From assembly GCA_030619715.1 (NCBI GenBank), contig JAUXAW010000001.1:3195-67194 (forward strand): a stretch of 64,000 nt of DNA. The letters are read 5' to 3'. The stretch's first letter is position 1; every line of letters begins with the position of its first letter. Shown here in pieces: positions 38,864 to 51,598 of the stretch. Made by a program: the position numbers and the translations under genes. The notes under the pieces are model-generated. The model saw only the letters and a list, made by a program, of their open reading frames with translations, was not told the DNA's origin and ran no database searches. The stretch is from a candidate division WWE3 bacterium. GTDB lineage: Bacteria > Patescibacteriota > WWE3 > JAUXAW01.

Positions 38864-39749
38864 AATTATTAGTTAAAAAATCGAAGAAGCCGTCCCCGGC
38901 CGCTTGGACAAACTCTTTGTCTTTTCCTGTAATTTTGGACTTAGCAACTCTTGCAACCAATCTTAGACCATATAGCGCTGTAAAGCCTGCCGACCAAACA
39001 GGCGGGTTAAACTTTTTTACAAAATATAATCGGTTCCGAGTTTTATAATACTCATTAGCTGGATTTTTTTCACCCACCGTCGAGCCAACTTTGTGCCAAA
39101 TTTTAGCTTTAGGCGCAAAGGCAATTTTGAAACCGGCCCTTCTTGCTCTGACACACAAATCTACATCCTCATAAAATAAAAAATAACGCTCATCAAACAA
39201 ACCAATTTTTTCCAACACTTGCCTCTTAATCAACAGCGAGGTGCCCGGCGCCCATTCCAGATAGTGTGCCTCATCGAACTGTCCCTCGTCGGCCTGCCCG
39301 AAAAACAAATGGTCGGCCTGACCGGTTCTCATATTTAGTCTACTATCCACAAACCAAACAGTTTGGGGACTACCACGGTAGTATATCTTTGGAACGGCTA
39401 TGCCGACCCCCGAGCCGCTCATACCTCGAACCAACTCCGTCAAAACTTGCGGATCTACCAGCGTGTCGGGATTGAGGACCCAAATCAAATCCGCTCCGTG
39501 CTCCAAGGCGTATTTTATGCCCCGATTATTACCACCCGAATAACCTAAATTCTTCCCCGTTTGAATTAACTTGATCTCAGGAAATTCTTCTTCTAAAATT
39601 TTTTGGGAGTCATTGGTGGAGCCGTTGTCGACGATGATAATTTCATAGTTGTGATAAGTAGTTTTCTGGAGAGAACGAATACATTCAATTGTATCCTTGT
39701 AATTGTTCCAATTTAAAACGACAATGTAAACGCTAGAATTTTTGTTCAT
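38847..39749 (-). CDS. Glycosyltransferase family 2
   Basis: VDNGS, NLGYSGGNN, LNPD, YEDVDLC. Confidence 0.92.
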   Translation of the reverse strand: MNKNSSVYIVVLNWNNYKDTIECIRSLQKTTYHNYEIIIVDNGSTNDSQKILEEEFPEIKLIQTGKNLGYSGGNNRGIKYALEHGADLIWVLNPDTLVDPQVLTELVRGMSGSGVGIAVPKIYYRGSPQTVWFVDSRLNMRTGQADHLFFGQADEGQFDEAHYLEWAPGTSLLIKRQVLEKIGLFDERYFLFYEDVDLCVRARRAGFKIAFAPKAKIWHKVGSTVGEKNPANEYYKTRNRLYFVKKFNPPVWSAGFTALYGLRLVARVAKSKITGKDKEFVQAAGDGFFDFLTNNYGIRR

Positions 39750-40899
39750 AAAGCACTTTTTCAACGGCCGCTAGATATTCAGCCACCGTCCGCTTCCAAG
39801 TAAATCTTTCACCCTGAGCCCTGGCTCCGATGGATAAAGCATTTCGCAAAGAAGGATTGTTTGCTATCTCGATTATTTTATCCACAAACTCCCCCTTGGA
39901 ATTAACCAAAAACCCACTCTCGCCGTTTTTACAAAGTTCTGGATGAGGACCAATATTATAGGCGATCACCGGCTTGCCGAAAAACTGCGCCTCAGCTAAA
40001 GGCAGGTCAAAACCCTCCCACTTGGTTGCGGTGACATACAAATCACAACTCGAATACAGTAAGGCCATCTTCTCCTTCGGTACATTCAGTAAGGGGATGA
40101 CACCGTTTGTTTGCAGTATCCTGCGATCCTCCTCCCCTCCGTAACCGGCCACGGCTAACTCAATCCTTGCATCTTTGCTTTTGGCTTCTTTATAAATCTC
40201 CAGCAGTTCGTGCAAATCTTTGTAAGTCCTGGTTTTCATATTGGCTCTACCAACATAAAGTATCAAAAAGTCCCCTTCCCGCAACCCTATTTTACTTCGG
40301 AAATTAATAATCTCCTCACTACTAATTGGATATTCCGCGTAAGTATCGGCGCCTAGGTGTACGACTCGGGCCTTCCTTTTTAAATTACTTGGCAGCTCAT
40401 TTTTAATGTAGTTAGAGATGGTTAATATTTTCCGGGCCTTTTTGAAAAACAAATATTTCCGACTAGCCGCCAAGTATATTTTGTTGATTTTGTGCCGAAG
40501 CGATAGATAGCGGCTGGAGGCGACACCGTAATCAATCACAATACATGATTTTTCGGTAAACAAAAGAGTAGGGAAAAAGGGATAAGAATTAAGAATAAAC
40601 AAATCAGCCTCAATATTTTGGATTTTATTTTTTCCAAGATAAAGCTCCAAATCACGGGCGGCCATGTCTGAAAAAAACTTTCTGACAACCCGACTTAAAA
40701 ATGTTTTTTCAAGAGGTTTCAAAACTTCTAATTCATATTTTCGATTGCTATAACTGGAATCAGTGAATAATGTGTAAACAGTAACTCCATAACCGGCCGT
40801 TACTAATCCATTAGCAATTAAATCAACAACAGCATCTACCCCATGGCCCTGTAGCATTCTTTCATTAAAGAGAGCAATCTTAAAGTTGTTCTTAATCAT
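39733..40899 (-). CDS. Glycosyltransferase family 4
   Basis: WEGFDLPLAEAQ. Confidence 0.88.
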   Translation of the reverse strand: MIKNNFKIALFNERMLQGHGVDAVVDLIANGLVTAGYGVTVYTLFTDSSYSNRKYELEVLKPLEKTFLSRVVRKFFSDMAARDLELYLGKNKIQNIEADLFILNSYPFFPTLLFTEKSCIVIDYGVASSRYLSLRHKINKIYLAASRKYLFFKKARKILTISNYIKNELPSNLKRKARVVHLGADTYAEYPISSEEIINFRSKIGLREGDFLILYVGRANMKTRTYKDLHELLEIYKEAKSKDARIELAVAGYGGEEDRRILQTNGVIPLLNVPKEKMALLYSSCDLYVTATKWEGFDLPLAEAQFFGKPVIAYNIGPHPELCKNGESGFLVNSKGEFVDKIIEIANNPSLRNALSIGARAQGERFTWKRTVAEYLAAVEKVLYEQKF

Positions 40900-42023
40900 A
40901 ATGACATATAGAAATTTTTGAGCTCGCCGGCAACCTTTTTTGCGTCAAACACATCTTCAGCCCTTGCCAATGATTTTTCACCAAGCATCTTTCTAAAATC
41001 TTCATCCACAATCAACCTCTCTATCGCCTCAGCAATAGCAACCGCATCTCCGGGTGGAACTAAAATTCCTGCTCCCCCCACAACTTCTGGAAGGGCGCCG
41101 CTCATCCCCGCTATTACCGGTTTACCACTGGCCATGCTTTCAATTAGCGCCATTCCAAATTGCTCCTGCCAGTTTTCCAAAGGGAAGCAGGGCAAAACAA
41201 AAACGCTGGCGCTAGAATGCAGCGCCGGCATCTCTTCGTATGGCACTTTACCCACGAAAACAACCTGTTCATCCAAACCCAATCTAGTTACAATTTGTTT
41301 TAAAATTCCTTCGCGAGGGCCTTCCCCCACAATTAACAACTTCAGACGCCGATCTGCCAACCGTGGTTGAAGAAGCAGCTTCTTAAAAGCGATTATCAAA
41401 TAGTCAAAACCTTTCTCCCAAACCAATCTTCCGATGCTCAGAATGATAAAATCGCCCGAGGAAATACCTAACCTAGGTTTGAAAATATCCAGGTTAATGC
41501 CATACGGCAAAACTTTAATCTTTTGTTCCTCTACCCCATCAATTAAAAGGGCCTCTTTGGCTTGCTCGGTTACGGCATGAAACAAATCCACATTGTTAAG
41601 AACTTCCTTTTTAAATGCCTTTTGCGCGGGATTAAATTCTCCCGTTAACGGAATGTTTTGCCAAACGGTGACCACAACTTTTTTTACTTTACCCGCCAGT
41701 TTTGCTTTGATCGCCTGATATGTGTAGTAATTAAAGGTTTCGGCGCTATGAGCAATATCAAAACCCTCTAATGCTTTTTCCAATCCTATCATCACTTGAC
41801 TGTCACCGAAAAACCGATTAAGCGCCGCTTGGTATTTGGAAGCCTTGCTAAAATCTGCCAACATGTACAACTGTCTCACCGGAAACTTAATTTTTGATAT
41901 CCTTCCTCTTGGTTTTTTACTCGTGAAACCGACAAGTTCAATCCCCCCACCAACCAACGGCTTGTAGTTTTGCATTTCGTATTCCCCCAAATCAGCCCCT
42001 CGAATTAGGGCAATTTTTTTCAT
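40896..42023 (-). CDS. Glycosyltransferase family 4
   Basis: GRLVWEKG, EQFGMALIESMASG. Confidence 0.9.
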   Translation of the reverse strand: MKKIALIRGADLGEYEMQNYKPLVGGGIELVGFTSKKPRGRISKIKFPVRQLYMLADFSKASKYQAALNRFFGDSQVMIGLEKALEGFDIAHSAETFNYYTYQAIKAKLAGKVKKVVVTVWQNIPLTGEFNPAQKAFKKEVLNNVDLFHAVTEQAKEALLIDGVEEQKIKVLPYGINLDIFKPRLGISSGDFIILSIGRLVWEKGFDYLIIAFKKLLLQPRLADRRLKLLIVGEGPREGILKQIVTRLGLDEQVVFVGKVPYEEMPALHSSASVFVLPCFPLENWQEQFGMALIESMASGKPVIAGMSGALPEVVGGAGILVPPGDAVAIAEAIERLIVDEDFRKMLGEKSLARAEDVFDAKKVAGELKNFYMSL

Positions 42024-42024
42024 C

Positions 42025-43479
42025 TCATCTTCTAACACCAACCAGATTGACTAAAATCTTTTTATCTTCTTCGTCAAACGCTCCCAGTAAGTAAAGCAGG
42101 CCAAAATAAATTGGCGGCGCGAGTAAGAGAGAAAAGAATAGGTGGCGGCCAGTTAGCAAAATAAAACCACCCATAATAAGGGCGGCCATCAGAGGTTTGA
42201 GTGCCATCACAACAAAATTAATTGAATAAAAATGTTTTGAAAAGTACCAAAGCACGAGCGTAAAGCCCAAAACCTCGGTTAAAAGAGTCGTTAAACTGGC
42301 ACCGATAAAACTTAACCCCAGCCCCCATGTTGGTATCAGAAATAAATTCAAACCTAAACTGACAATAACATTTAATGCCGTGATCGCCACTAAAACCTTC
42401 ATCTTACCCATTGAAGTTAAAGTTGAAGCGAATAAACTACTCACGAAAATAACGCCCACCGCCCAGATTAAAATTCTTAAAGAAGCGGCCGAGCGGATAA
42501 AATCCGGACCGTAGGCTAACTTAATAATCGGCTCGGCCAGAAGCGTTGTTCCCACGGCCATGGGAATTCCCAAAATGACAAGATATTTTAAGATTTTTTG
42601 AAAGGTTGAGTAGAATTTAGTTTTGTTTTCAAGATAGAGCCGTGAGAAAAGTGGAAAGGCGGCTCCGGTAACAATCGCCGGCACCATTTGCAGGGTGTCC
42701 ACAAATTTATAACTGGCCGAATACAACCCCACCGCAACCTCGTTGCCGGCTCCTATAATCGGCAATTTGGACAAAAGCACCATATCAGATCGGTGATAAA
42801 TTGTGATCAGGATATTAATTGCGGCAAAGGGAACCGCCTCTTTTAAAATTTGGCCTAAAAACGCCTTGTTTAATTTCAACCTTCCAAATTTAAACTTTTT
42901 GCCTATGGTAATCAGGGCGGTGATTAAAACGACTGCCGCCGCAAGTATTGCCACCCAGCCTAAGCCCACCACTCCGTAGCCCAAATATAAAGCAACCACC
43001 CCTCCCACCGTTAAAACAGCGCTATTGAGGATACCCAAAATAGCATTAAACTCCATTTTTTCGTAGGCCTGAAACAAAGAAGTTAGCAGAGAGGAGAAAG
43101 AGGAGAAAACCAAAGCCAAAGCCAGCAGATAAATAGTTTGTTCAACAACCTCGCTATAGCCAAGTAATTTGGTCACTAACCCGATTGAGAGAAGGACCAC
43201 CGCGGACAGACAGGCCTTCAAAACCAGCATGCTCCCTAAATAATAGCCCGTTTTGTCTCTGTAGCGAGCTACTTCTCGAACAAAAAGATTGTTTAGGCCC
43301 AACTCTGTAAAAACGCTGAACAGCCCGACCACGCTCCCGGCGATGGCGTATTCTCCCAACCCCAGGCTCCCTAATTTGCGAGCGGCGTAAACCGTAAAAA
43401 CAATCGTGAAGATTTTGGGAACTATACTGGCAAAGGTTAAGGCAATAGTGTTTTTAGCTAATCTTTTTGTGTTGTTCAT
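42025..43479 (-). CDS. wzx: Wzx-type flippase
   Basis: About 14 TM; LAKN, ARKLG, ELGL, D.VLL, VGLYSAS. Confidence 0.88.
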   Translation of the reverse strand: MNNTKRLAKNTIALTFASIVPKIFTIVFTVYAARKLGSLGLGEYAIAGSVVGLFSVFTELGLNNLFVREVARYRDKTGYYLGSMLVLKACLSAVVLLSIGLVTKLLGYSEVVEQTIYLLALALVFSSFSSLLTSLFQAYEKMEFNAILGILNSAVLTVGGVVALYLGYGVVGLGWVAILAAAVVLITALITIGKKFKFGRLKLNKAFLGQILKEAVPFAAINILITIYHRSDMVLLSKLPIIGAGNEVAVGLYSASYKFVDTLQMVPAIVTGAAFPLFSRLYLENKTKFYSTFQKILKYLVILGIPMAVGTTLLAEPIIKLAYGPDFIRSAASLRILIWAVGVIFVSSLFASTLTSMGKMKVLVAITALNVIVSLGLNLFLIPTWGLGLSFIGASLTTLLTEVLGFTLVLWYFSKHFYSINFVVMALKPLMAALIMGGFILLTGRHLFFSLLLAPPIYFGLLYLLGAFDEEDKKILVNLVGVRR

Positions 43480-44590
43480 CGCAAAACTTCACCACGATAT
43501 CAACTATCTTTTTCGCCGCGGTCCCATCGCCGTAGGGGTTGACGGCCTTTGCCATTCGCTGGTAAGCCGCCTCATCTGACAAAAGGGTGCCGGTAATCTT
43601 AACGATCTTCTCCTTTTTCGTTCCGGCCAGGACGGCGGTTCCCGCTTCTATCCCTTCGGGCCTCTCGGTTGTTTCTCGCAAGACAACCACCGGCTTACCC
43701 AGCGAGGGGGCCTCTTCCTGAATTCCGCCCGAGTCGGTTAAGACTAAGTAACTTTCTTTCATCACCCTGACCATATCCTTGTAATTTAGGGGCTCAATCA
43801 GATGTACCCGGGGGTGGTTACCCAATTGTTCATAGGCCATTTTTCTAACATTTGGATTTGGATGCACGGGAAAAATAATTTCAACATCGTCAAAATTTGC
43901 CAAGATTTCTCTAACGGCTTCGTATATTTGCTTCATCCCCTTACTTAAATAGTTTTCTCGGCGATGAGCGGTCAGAAGAACTTTTCGGCTCTTATTATCA
44001 AGAATTGTTCTTAGTTGCTGGTTAGAAACCTCGTGTTTTTGGCCCGCAACCCACAGCAAAGCATCGATCACCGTATTTCCGGTGAGATGAATCTTTTTCT
44101 CATCAACCCCTTCCCTCAACAGATTACTTCTAGCCAATTCCGTCGGAGCAAAATAGAGCGAGCTGAGGGTATCGGTTATTCTGCGATTCATTTCTTCGGG
44201 AAAAGGATTATAAATATTGTGCGTTCTCAGCCCGGCTTCAACATGGCCAACCGGTATTTGGTTGTGAAAGGCGGCCAGAGCCGTCACCATTACGGTGGTT
44301 GTGTCTCCCTGAACCAAGACCAAATCCGGTTCCTCTTTGTACAAAACGTCTTCTACCCCACCCAGGATTCTGGCCGTAAGAAAAGCCAAAGTTTGATTAG
44401 GCGTCATCAGGTCCAAATCATAATCCGCTTTCAAGGAAAATGTATCCATCACCTGATCAAGCATTTCCCGGTGTTGGGCCGTCACCACCACTTTACTTTC
44501 AAGCGTTTTACGCCGGGCAAGTTCCCAAACAACCGGGGCCATCTTGATGGCCTCGGGACGAGTTCCAAATACAGAAATAGCCTTCATCAT
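43454..44590 (-). CDS. wecB: UDP-GlcNAc 2-epimerase
   Basis: GTRPEAIKMAP, QGDT, HVEAGLR, HRREN, DSGGIQEE. Confidence 0.96.
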   Translation of the reverse strand: MMKAISVFGTRPEAIKMAPVVWELARRKTLESKVVVTAQHREMLDQVMDTFSLKADYDLDLMTPNQTLAFLTARILGGVEDVLYKEEPDLVLVQGDTTTVMVTALAAFHNQIPVGHVEAGLRTHNIYNPFPEEMNRRITDTLSSLYFAPTELARSNLLREGVDEKKIHLTGNTVIDALLWVAGQKHEVSNQQLRTILDNKSRKVLLTAHRRENYLSKGMKQIYEAVREILANFDDVEIIFPVHPNPNVRKMAYEQLGNHPRVHLIEPLNYKDMVRVMKESYLVLTDSGGIQEEAPSLGKPVVVLRETTERPEGIEAGTAVLAGTKKEKIVKITGTLLSDEAAYQRMAKAVNPYGDGTAAKKIVDIVVKFCDEQHKKIS

Positions 44591-44662
44591 ATAAGTTAAT
44601 GATACCGCAAAACCTGCTCCACCCCAACCAGCAAAAACATAAAGGCCCAGGAAGAAAGTCTC

Positions 44663-45490
44663 TCATTTCCAGCCCCTCAAATCACGTCCGATTAATTTTT
44701 CCAAACTCTCAATATCTTTTCTAAAAACCTTACGCAACCTTTCCCGTTCAGACCTGCTCATCGGTGGGTAGGTTGCTTCCTTCCGATTGACCATTACATA
44801 GAGTCGTTGGATTCGATTGTAAAGATTAGCCCTTTTCAAAAAATCAATCAGTCCTCCGAGCCCCGCCTTCTCTAGAAATTTCCGCAGTTTAAATAGAACT
44901 ACCAAAAACCTAAACCGCACCTTCGCCGCCGGGTTAACTTTCTTGCCCAAAGATGGAGGAACAAAGCTAGAATCAACCCCTAAAAACTCGTACAAATCAC
45001 GGACGACGGTTCCGGGCCGGCTCTCAATATTATCAAATAAAATAATGTGTATCTTCTCCTGGCTGAATAAATCAAACCACCGAACGAGATACCTGTGATA
45101 AAAACCCTCCTCCAGATACTCGTCAATGCCCGCATCTTTATTAAAATTCAAAGCCCCCCACCAATAATGAGAGTAGGCCCGATCGACTGGGTTTCGCAAA
45201 CAGACAACCAACTTCGCTTCGGGGAAATGTTTCTTAATCCGCTTCGGGGCGTCTTCGTCACAAAGATAAGAGTTGCTGTACTCCCCTCTCACTCGTGGGC
45301 CGCCGCGCTCGGTAAACTGGCTTTCATACCAACTCATCCCTTTCTGGTAATACTTACTGAAAAATTCAATCTCTTTAATGTGAGGGACGCATATCTCCGG
45401 GTGCTCCCGCAAAACTTGGGCAATCCAGCTAGTCCCACTGCGAAAAGCACCGATGCCAATAAAGTCAACTTTGAAGGCTGTCATTTCCAA
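44663..45490 (-). CDS. Sulfotransferase
   Basis: IGIGAFRSGTS 5'-PSB loop, KEIEFF, LRNPVDRAYS 3'-PB motif. Confidence 0.9.
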   Translation of the reverse strand: MEMTAFKVDFIGIGAFRSGTSWIAQVLREHPEICVPHIKEIEFFSKYYQKGMSWYESQFTERGGPRVRGEYSNSYLCDEDAPKRIKKHFPEAKLVVCLRNPVDRAYSHYWWGALNFNKDAGIDEYLEEGFYHRYLVRWFDLFSQEKIHIILFDNIESRPGTVVRDLYEFLGVDSSFVPPSLGKKVNPAAKVRFRFLVVLFKLRKFLEKAGLGGLIDFLKRANLYNRIQRLYVMVNRKEATYPPMSRSERERLRKVFRKDIESLEKLIGRDLRGWK

Positions 45491-47007
45491 GAACTCAAGT
45501 CCCGCTCAATTAATTTCTCAAGTTTTTCGACATCTTTTCTAAATAACCTCTTTAATCTCAACCGCGTCTCCTCCCGCATCGATGGATAATCAAAGGGTTT
45601 TTTATTCACTTTGCCATACAAATTGGACAAAGAAGGGTTGCTAATCAATTCCCTGACCAAGAAACCCAACCCCAAGGCCCGCAAAGCCTTCATCGGCAAA
45701 TTAACCAAATCGGCCAACAATTTGAATCTTACTTTCTTAGCTCGGTTCACCCTTCTCGTCAAAACTGAAGGCGCAAAGTTCTGACCCACCCCTAAAAAAC
45801 CGTAGACATCTTTCAGAACTTCCTGAGGGCGTTCTTTGATATCATCGAACAGAACAATTTTAATTTTCTCTCTGGGAAACACGTCGTAAAATCTTTTAAG
45901 CTGCTTATAATAGAAACCCCTCTTTATATACTGATCATCTTTTTCCAACTCTCCCTCAAAAGTTTCGGCCAAGTCGCCCGACTCAAAATTAGCTTTTTTC
46001 CACCAGTAAAACGAATAGACCGTATCCTCCGGTCTTCGCAGGCAGGCAATTAATTTAACGTTGGGAAAGTGGCGTTTGATTAGTCCGCAAGACTCGGGAA
46101 AAAACATATAGTGGGTGGTAAACTCGCCTCTAACCGCCCCTTTTGGAGCCTTCTCAAAGAAAGAACTGTACCGTTCCCAGCCTTTTGAATAATTGCTCCT
46201 CTTTTTCTCAAAATCAAAAAAACAGATCTCCTTCCGAGAAGGAAGATATATCTCGGGGTGCTCGCGTAAACACTCGGTCAACCAAGTGGTTCCGCTTCTC
46301 ACTGCTCCAATCCCTATAAAATCCAGGTTTAACAGCTCTCGCCGCCCAATTTTATGCCTTATTTCCTCGATAACAAACGGCATCACCTTTTGTGACAAAT
46401 GAATCGAATCTCGGAAGTATTCTATCTTCGTCAACCCGTCTCGATCTACCAACCTGTCAAAAATCGAAATAGCCTTCAGACTATTTTCTTCTATTAGTTC
46501 ACTAAGACGCCTGTTAAATTGGTGCACAACACGGTTTCTCTCGAGACAGGTGCCATACGTGGGATATTCCCCGCCCTTCACTATAAACCGAGTCGAGGGT
46601 GGAACATGCCAAACCAACACCCCGTAACCCATCTGACTGACCTCTTTAATAACCGAAAAATATCGATCAACACATTCATTCACAACATCCTCTGTGCCCC
46701 TGTTCTGTTTCTCCGCTTGCTTAAGCAAATGCGCCCGGCAGTCTATCTCACCAAAGCAGAATAAAACCCTACTGCCAATGGGTATAGTGTTCAAAACAGC
46801 AAACAGTTTCTCTCTACCTCTCGTCCTCGTTCCACTTCGGGAAAGGTTGTAGGCCAAAACAGGTCCTAGTCGATATGTCCTAAAGAGGGAAATTAGATCC
46901 TCGTGCGGCTCGGGCCACGAGGGTTGCACAAAAGGAACGCCCGAGAACAGATTGGCGTGGCTGTCTCCAATGCAATGAATAACATCCCTTCCGCTTCTCA
47001 TAATCAT
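45481..47007 (-). CDS. SGNH-like domain fused to a sulfotransferase
   Basis: IGDSH, FGEIDCR, DSIH in the N half; IGAVRSGTT, KEICFF, LRRP...YS in the C half. Confidence 0.85.
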   Translation of the reverse strand: MIMRSGRDVIHCIGDSHANLFSGVPFVQPSWPEPHEDLISLFRTYRLGPVLAYNLSRSGTRTRGREKLFAVLNTIPIGSRVLFCFGEIDCRAHLLKQAEKQNRGTEDVVNECVDRYFSVIKEVSQMGYGVLVWHVPPSTRFIVKGGEYPTYGTCLERNRVVHQFNRRLSELIEENSLKAISIFDRLVDRDGLTKIEYFRDSIHLSQKVMPFVIEEIRHKIGRRELLNLDFIGIGAVRSGTTWLTECLREHPEIYLPSRKEICFFDFEKKRSNYSKGWERYSSFFEKAPKGAVRGEFTTHYMFFPESCGLIKRHFPNVKLIACLRRPEDTVYSFYWWKKANFESGDLAETFEGELEKDDQYIKRGFYYKQLKRFYDVFPREKIKIVLFDDIKERPQEVLKDVYGFLGVGQNFAPSVLTRRVNRAKKVRFKLLADLVNLPMKALRALGLGFLVRELISNPSLSNLYGKVNKKPFDYPSMREETRLRLKRLFRKDVEKLEKLIERDLSSWK

Positions 47008-48062
47008 CTACGCCTGCTTCTGAAATCCTCATATATCAGAATAATCTGGTTGGCTCTATTGTGATAGGTGTGGTCAGCCAACACTTTCCGCCGGCCGGCC
47101 TCGATAATCGGAGTTCTCTTTTCGGGATTCCGAATGTAGTAGTCAATTTTCTCAAACCAATCATCGGTATTTTTCGCAATCACCAGCTCGTTCTCGTTAA
47201 AATACTTTCTAAGCACCCTAACATTATCACAAATCTCAAACCCACCCGAAGCAGGAATCTTAAAAGTTCTCTCATTAAAGTCCGAGCCAAACTTTCTTTG
47301 GTGGTCCTCGTGGATATTCAACGAAATAGTCGAAGAAGAATAAACCTTTCGCTCGTCACCAAGCGGTAATTGAAACTTCCTTATGTGCTTCAGGGGCTCA
47401 ATATTGAAGTATTGACCTGCTTTTTGAACATATCCCAACAACCTATTACCCAAAGTCCAATCACTTCCATGGACCTTGACATCGTACTTTTTCATCAGCG
47501 GAAAAAGGTGCTTTTTAACAAACTCTCGCTTGCTGGGCAGGAGACTACCAACAAAGGAAATGTCGGCCTTATATTTGTCATCGGGTTCGTAAAAATATTT
47601 TTTAACATTTGCCGCCAACAGAATTGTGTGAAATGGGTAGCCGGTGGTTTTGGTGAACCCATCCATCGAAGGGTCATCCTGCTCTAACCAATGAAAGAAC
47701 ACATCACCGGCCAAACCGTCCCTTATCAATTTAATTAGTTCGGGTTTGCTCTCCAAAGCTTGAGCCCCAAACTGGTCGGTTTGATGTTTCCAAGGGGAGA
47801 TTTGATTAAAAAATACAAGCCTTTCTTTTCTATACTTTTTCAACAATTCCAAGTCTAAAAACTTCAAGTTGTACTGATTCAAAGAAGAAATAAAAATATC
47901 CGGTCGATACTCTTCCAAAACTTCTTTCAGGTCATCATTGGACGTCAACGGTCTAAACCGATGGCCCAGGTCCTCAAAAGCATCTTTGTAACCCTCGTAG
48001 ACAAATCTTCCCGCATAGACGGTTTCCAAGGAGGGTATTTGGTATAAAATGTTTAAATTCAT
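47004..48062 (-). CDS. CgeB-like glycosyltransferase
   Basis: DISFVG, ISLNIH, NERTF, HTYHNR. Confidence 0.85.
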   Translation of the reverse strand: MNLNILYQIPSLETVYAGRFVYEGYKDAFEDLGHRFRPLTSNDDLKEVLEEYRPDIFISSLNQYNLKFLDLELLKKYRKERLVFFNQISPWKHQTDQFGAQALESKPELIKLIRDGLAGDVFFHWLEQDDPSMDGFTKTTGYPFHTILLAANVKKYFYEPDDKYKADISFVGSLLPSKREFVKKHLFPLMKKYDVKVHGSDWTLGNRLLGYVQKAGQYFNIEPLKHIRKFQLPLGDERKVYSSSTISLNIHEDHQRKFGSDFNERTFKIPASGGFEICDNVRVLRKYFNENELVIAKNTDDWFEKIDYYIRNPEKRTPIIEAGRRKVLADHTYHNRANQIILIYEDFRSRRR

Positions 48063-48682
48063 CTTTTCCGAAACCCCTCCCAGACAAAGGGGTACGAGAA
48101 AATTACGTTGTGAGTTCTATCTATTTCTTTGACTAAGTCCCTTCGCATCTCTGCCGCTCGGGGGACAAAACGATGAAACTGCACCTGAAGATTTTCCACA
48201 CGATTAATTAGGCCGCTGTCAACCATTCTTTTTAACAAACGGTATTCCCCACCTTCAATGTTGACGGACATCAAGTCAATCTTCTCGCCGGCGCAATGTT
48301 CCTTCATAAATTCTACAATGTCAACAAAACTAACTTCCTCTCTCCTAGCCGATTGTACAAAAACCGAGCTGGCATCCCCACTGACGCCAATCGGCCTCCT
48401 TTCTGTTTTGTCTGATAGACCAATGTTGTAGACTTGAACCTTCTTATTATTTTCATACTTATTTTCTAACACGCGGTAATATGACCTAACCGGCTCAAAG
48501 ATGTAGGTACGAGGGTTATACCTAGATATAATCTTGTCCGAAAAGTTTCCAATGTAGCCGCCGACATCGAATACTAAACTCTCACTCTTGAGATTGTAAT
48601 CAACTAGACACGTATGATCTCCATCGTCCCAAAACCACCTGCAAAGGTTTATCTTGGCAACCAATCCCCAGAAATTTTTCAT
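48059..48682 (-). CDS. FkbM-family methyltransferase
   Basis: FDVGGYIG, FEP, NIEGGEY, QVQFH. Confidence 0.88.
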   Translation of the reverse strand: MKNFWGLVAKINLCRWFWDDGDHTCLVDYNLKSESLVFDVGGYIGNFSDKIISRYNPRTYIFEPVRSYYRVLENKYENNKKVQVYNIGLSDKTERRPIGVSGDASSVFVQSARREEVSFVDIVEFMKEHCAGEKIDLMSVNIEGGEYRLLKRMVDSGLINRVENLQVQFHRFVPRAAEMRRDLVKEIDRTHNVIFSYPFVWEGFRKR

Positions 48683-49817
48683 AACACATCCCGGAAAATA
48701 TTAGCGTAATCAAACTGCCGAGCGTACTCCCGTGCCCTTAAACGATATTCCTGGTTTCTCTCCGAACCCATCAACGTAATTACGCCCGTAATGACGCCCT
48801 TAACGTCTTCGCCAATGATCAGGCCACACCTTCGATTTTCAATTTCCCTAGCATTCCAGGGAATATTGGTCAACAAAACGGGGACGCCGCAGGCCAAGTA
48901 TTTTTTCACCTTCCCCGGGTCGGCGTAATAGGTCCAAGTGTCCAAGTTCTTAACATAGGGGGCAATAGCCAGACAACTTTTGGCAATCTCCTTTTCCAGT
49001 TCCTCATCACTTTTGATTTTTCCCAGAAAATGACAGTATTTTTCAACATTTAATTCCTTGGCGAGCCTCTCCAATTCCAACCGGTAACTTCCTCCACCGA
49101 TTATCTTAAACCGAAAATCGGGCATCTTTTTGACAATCTCCGGAATCGCCCTGATTACCAACTGCACCCCCTGTTTGGGCAGTAGATGCCCCATAAAGAC
49201 CAAGGTGTTTTTATCGCACTCCTCGTAAGAGTATTTCTTAACTCGGTCCACCCAAACGCCATAGGGAACGATTTTTTGCTTTCGATAATCACTTTTCTTA
49301 ATGCCCAAAAATTTCTCTCTCGCTTCGACCATTCGCGGTGAAAGGTCCCACATCTCATCGGCATTTTTGTAACCAAGGACATTGATAAAATGATAAATTT
49401 TGTTTTTCCAGCCACTCTCAAATCTATCTTGGGGAACAAAGTCAATTGCCCAAAAGATAGTTTTTTTAACCCGCCCCAGAAGCCTTACCGTAAGACCAAA
49501 GAAAACACACAGACCGTCCATCCCCACGTAAGTGTCCCAGACAATTTTTGAACCCAGCAGCCACCTGAGAGTAAAGAAAAATTCTTTAAGATAGATGACC
49601 GGCTCGGGCAAACCTTTGAAATCTCGAGTTCTTTCCTCTCTGTAAACCCCACCCTCTTTATACCAAGTATAATAACTACATCTGTCCGGGGCATCGAAGA
49701 AACTGTGTCGAATGTGCAAAACATTGGAATACTTTTTGGAGTTGAGAAAGATAACCAAATCATCGTCGGGCTGGGTAACAAATTTATGAGAAACGACGAC
49801 GACATTCTTGGCCAGCT

Positions 49818-49821
<4 letters not shown>
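48679..49821 (-). CDS. Glycosyltransferase family 4
   Basis: GHLLPKQG, PGKVKKYLACGVP. Confidence 0.85.
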
Positions 49822-51585
<1,764 letters not shown>

Positions 51586-51598
51586 TTAATAATCGCGG

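Noticed and set aside
31789-45589. Long antisense ORFs (31789-32421, 40918-41370, 44015-44599, 45095-45589)
   Set aside because: They lie opposite well-supported genes and show no recognisable motifs.
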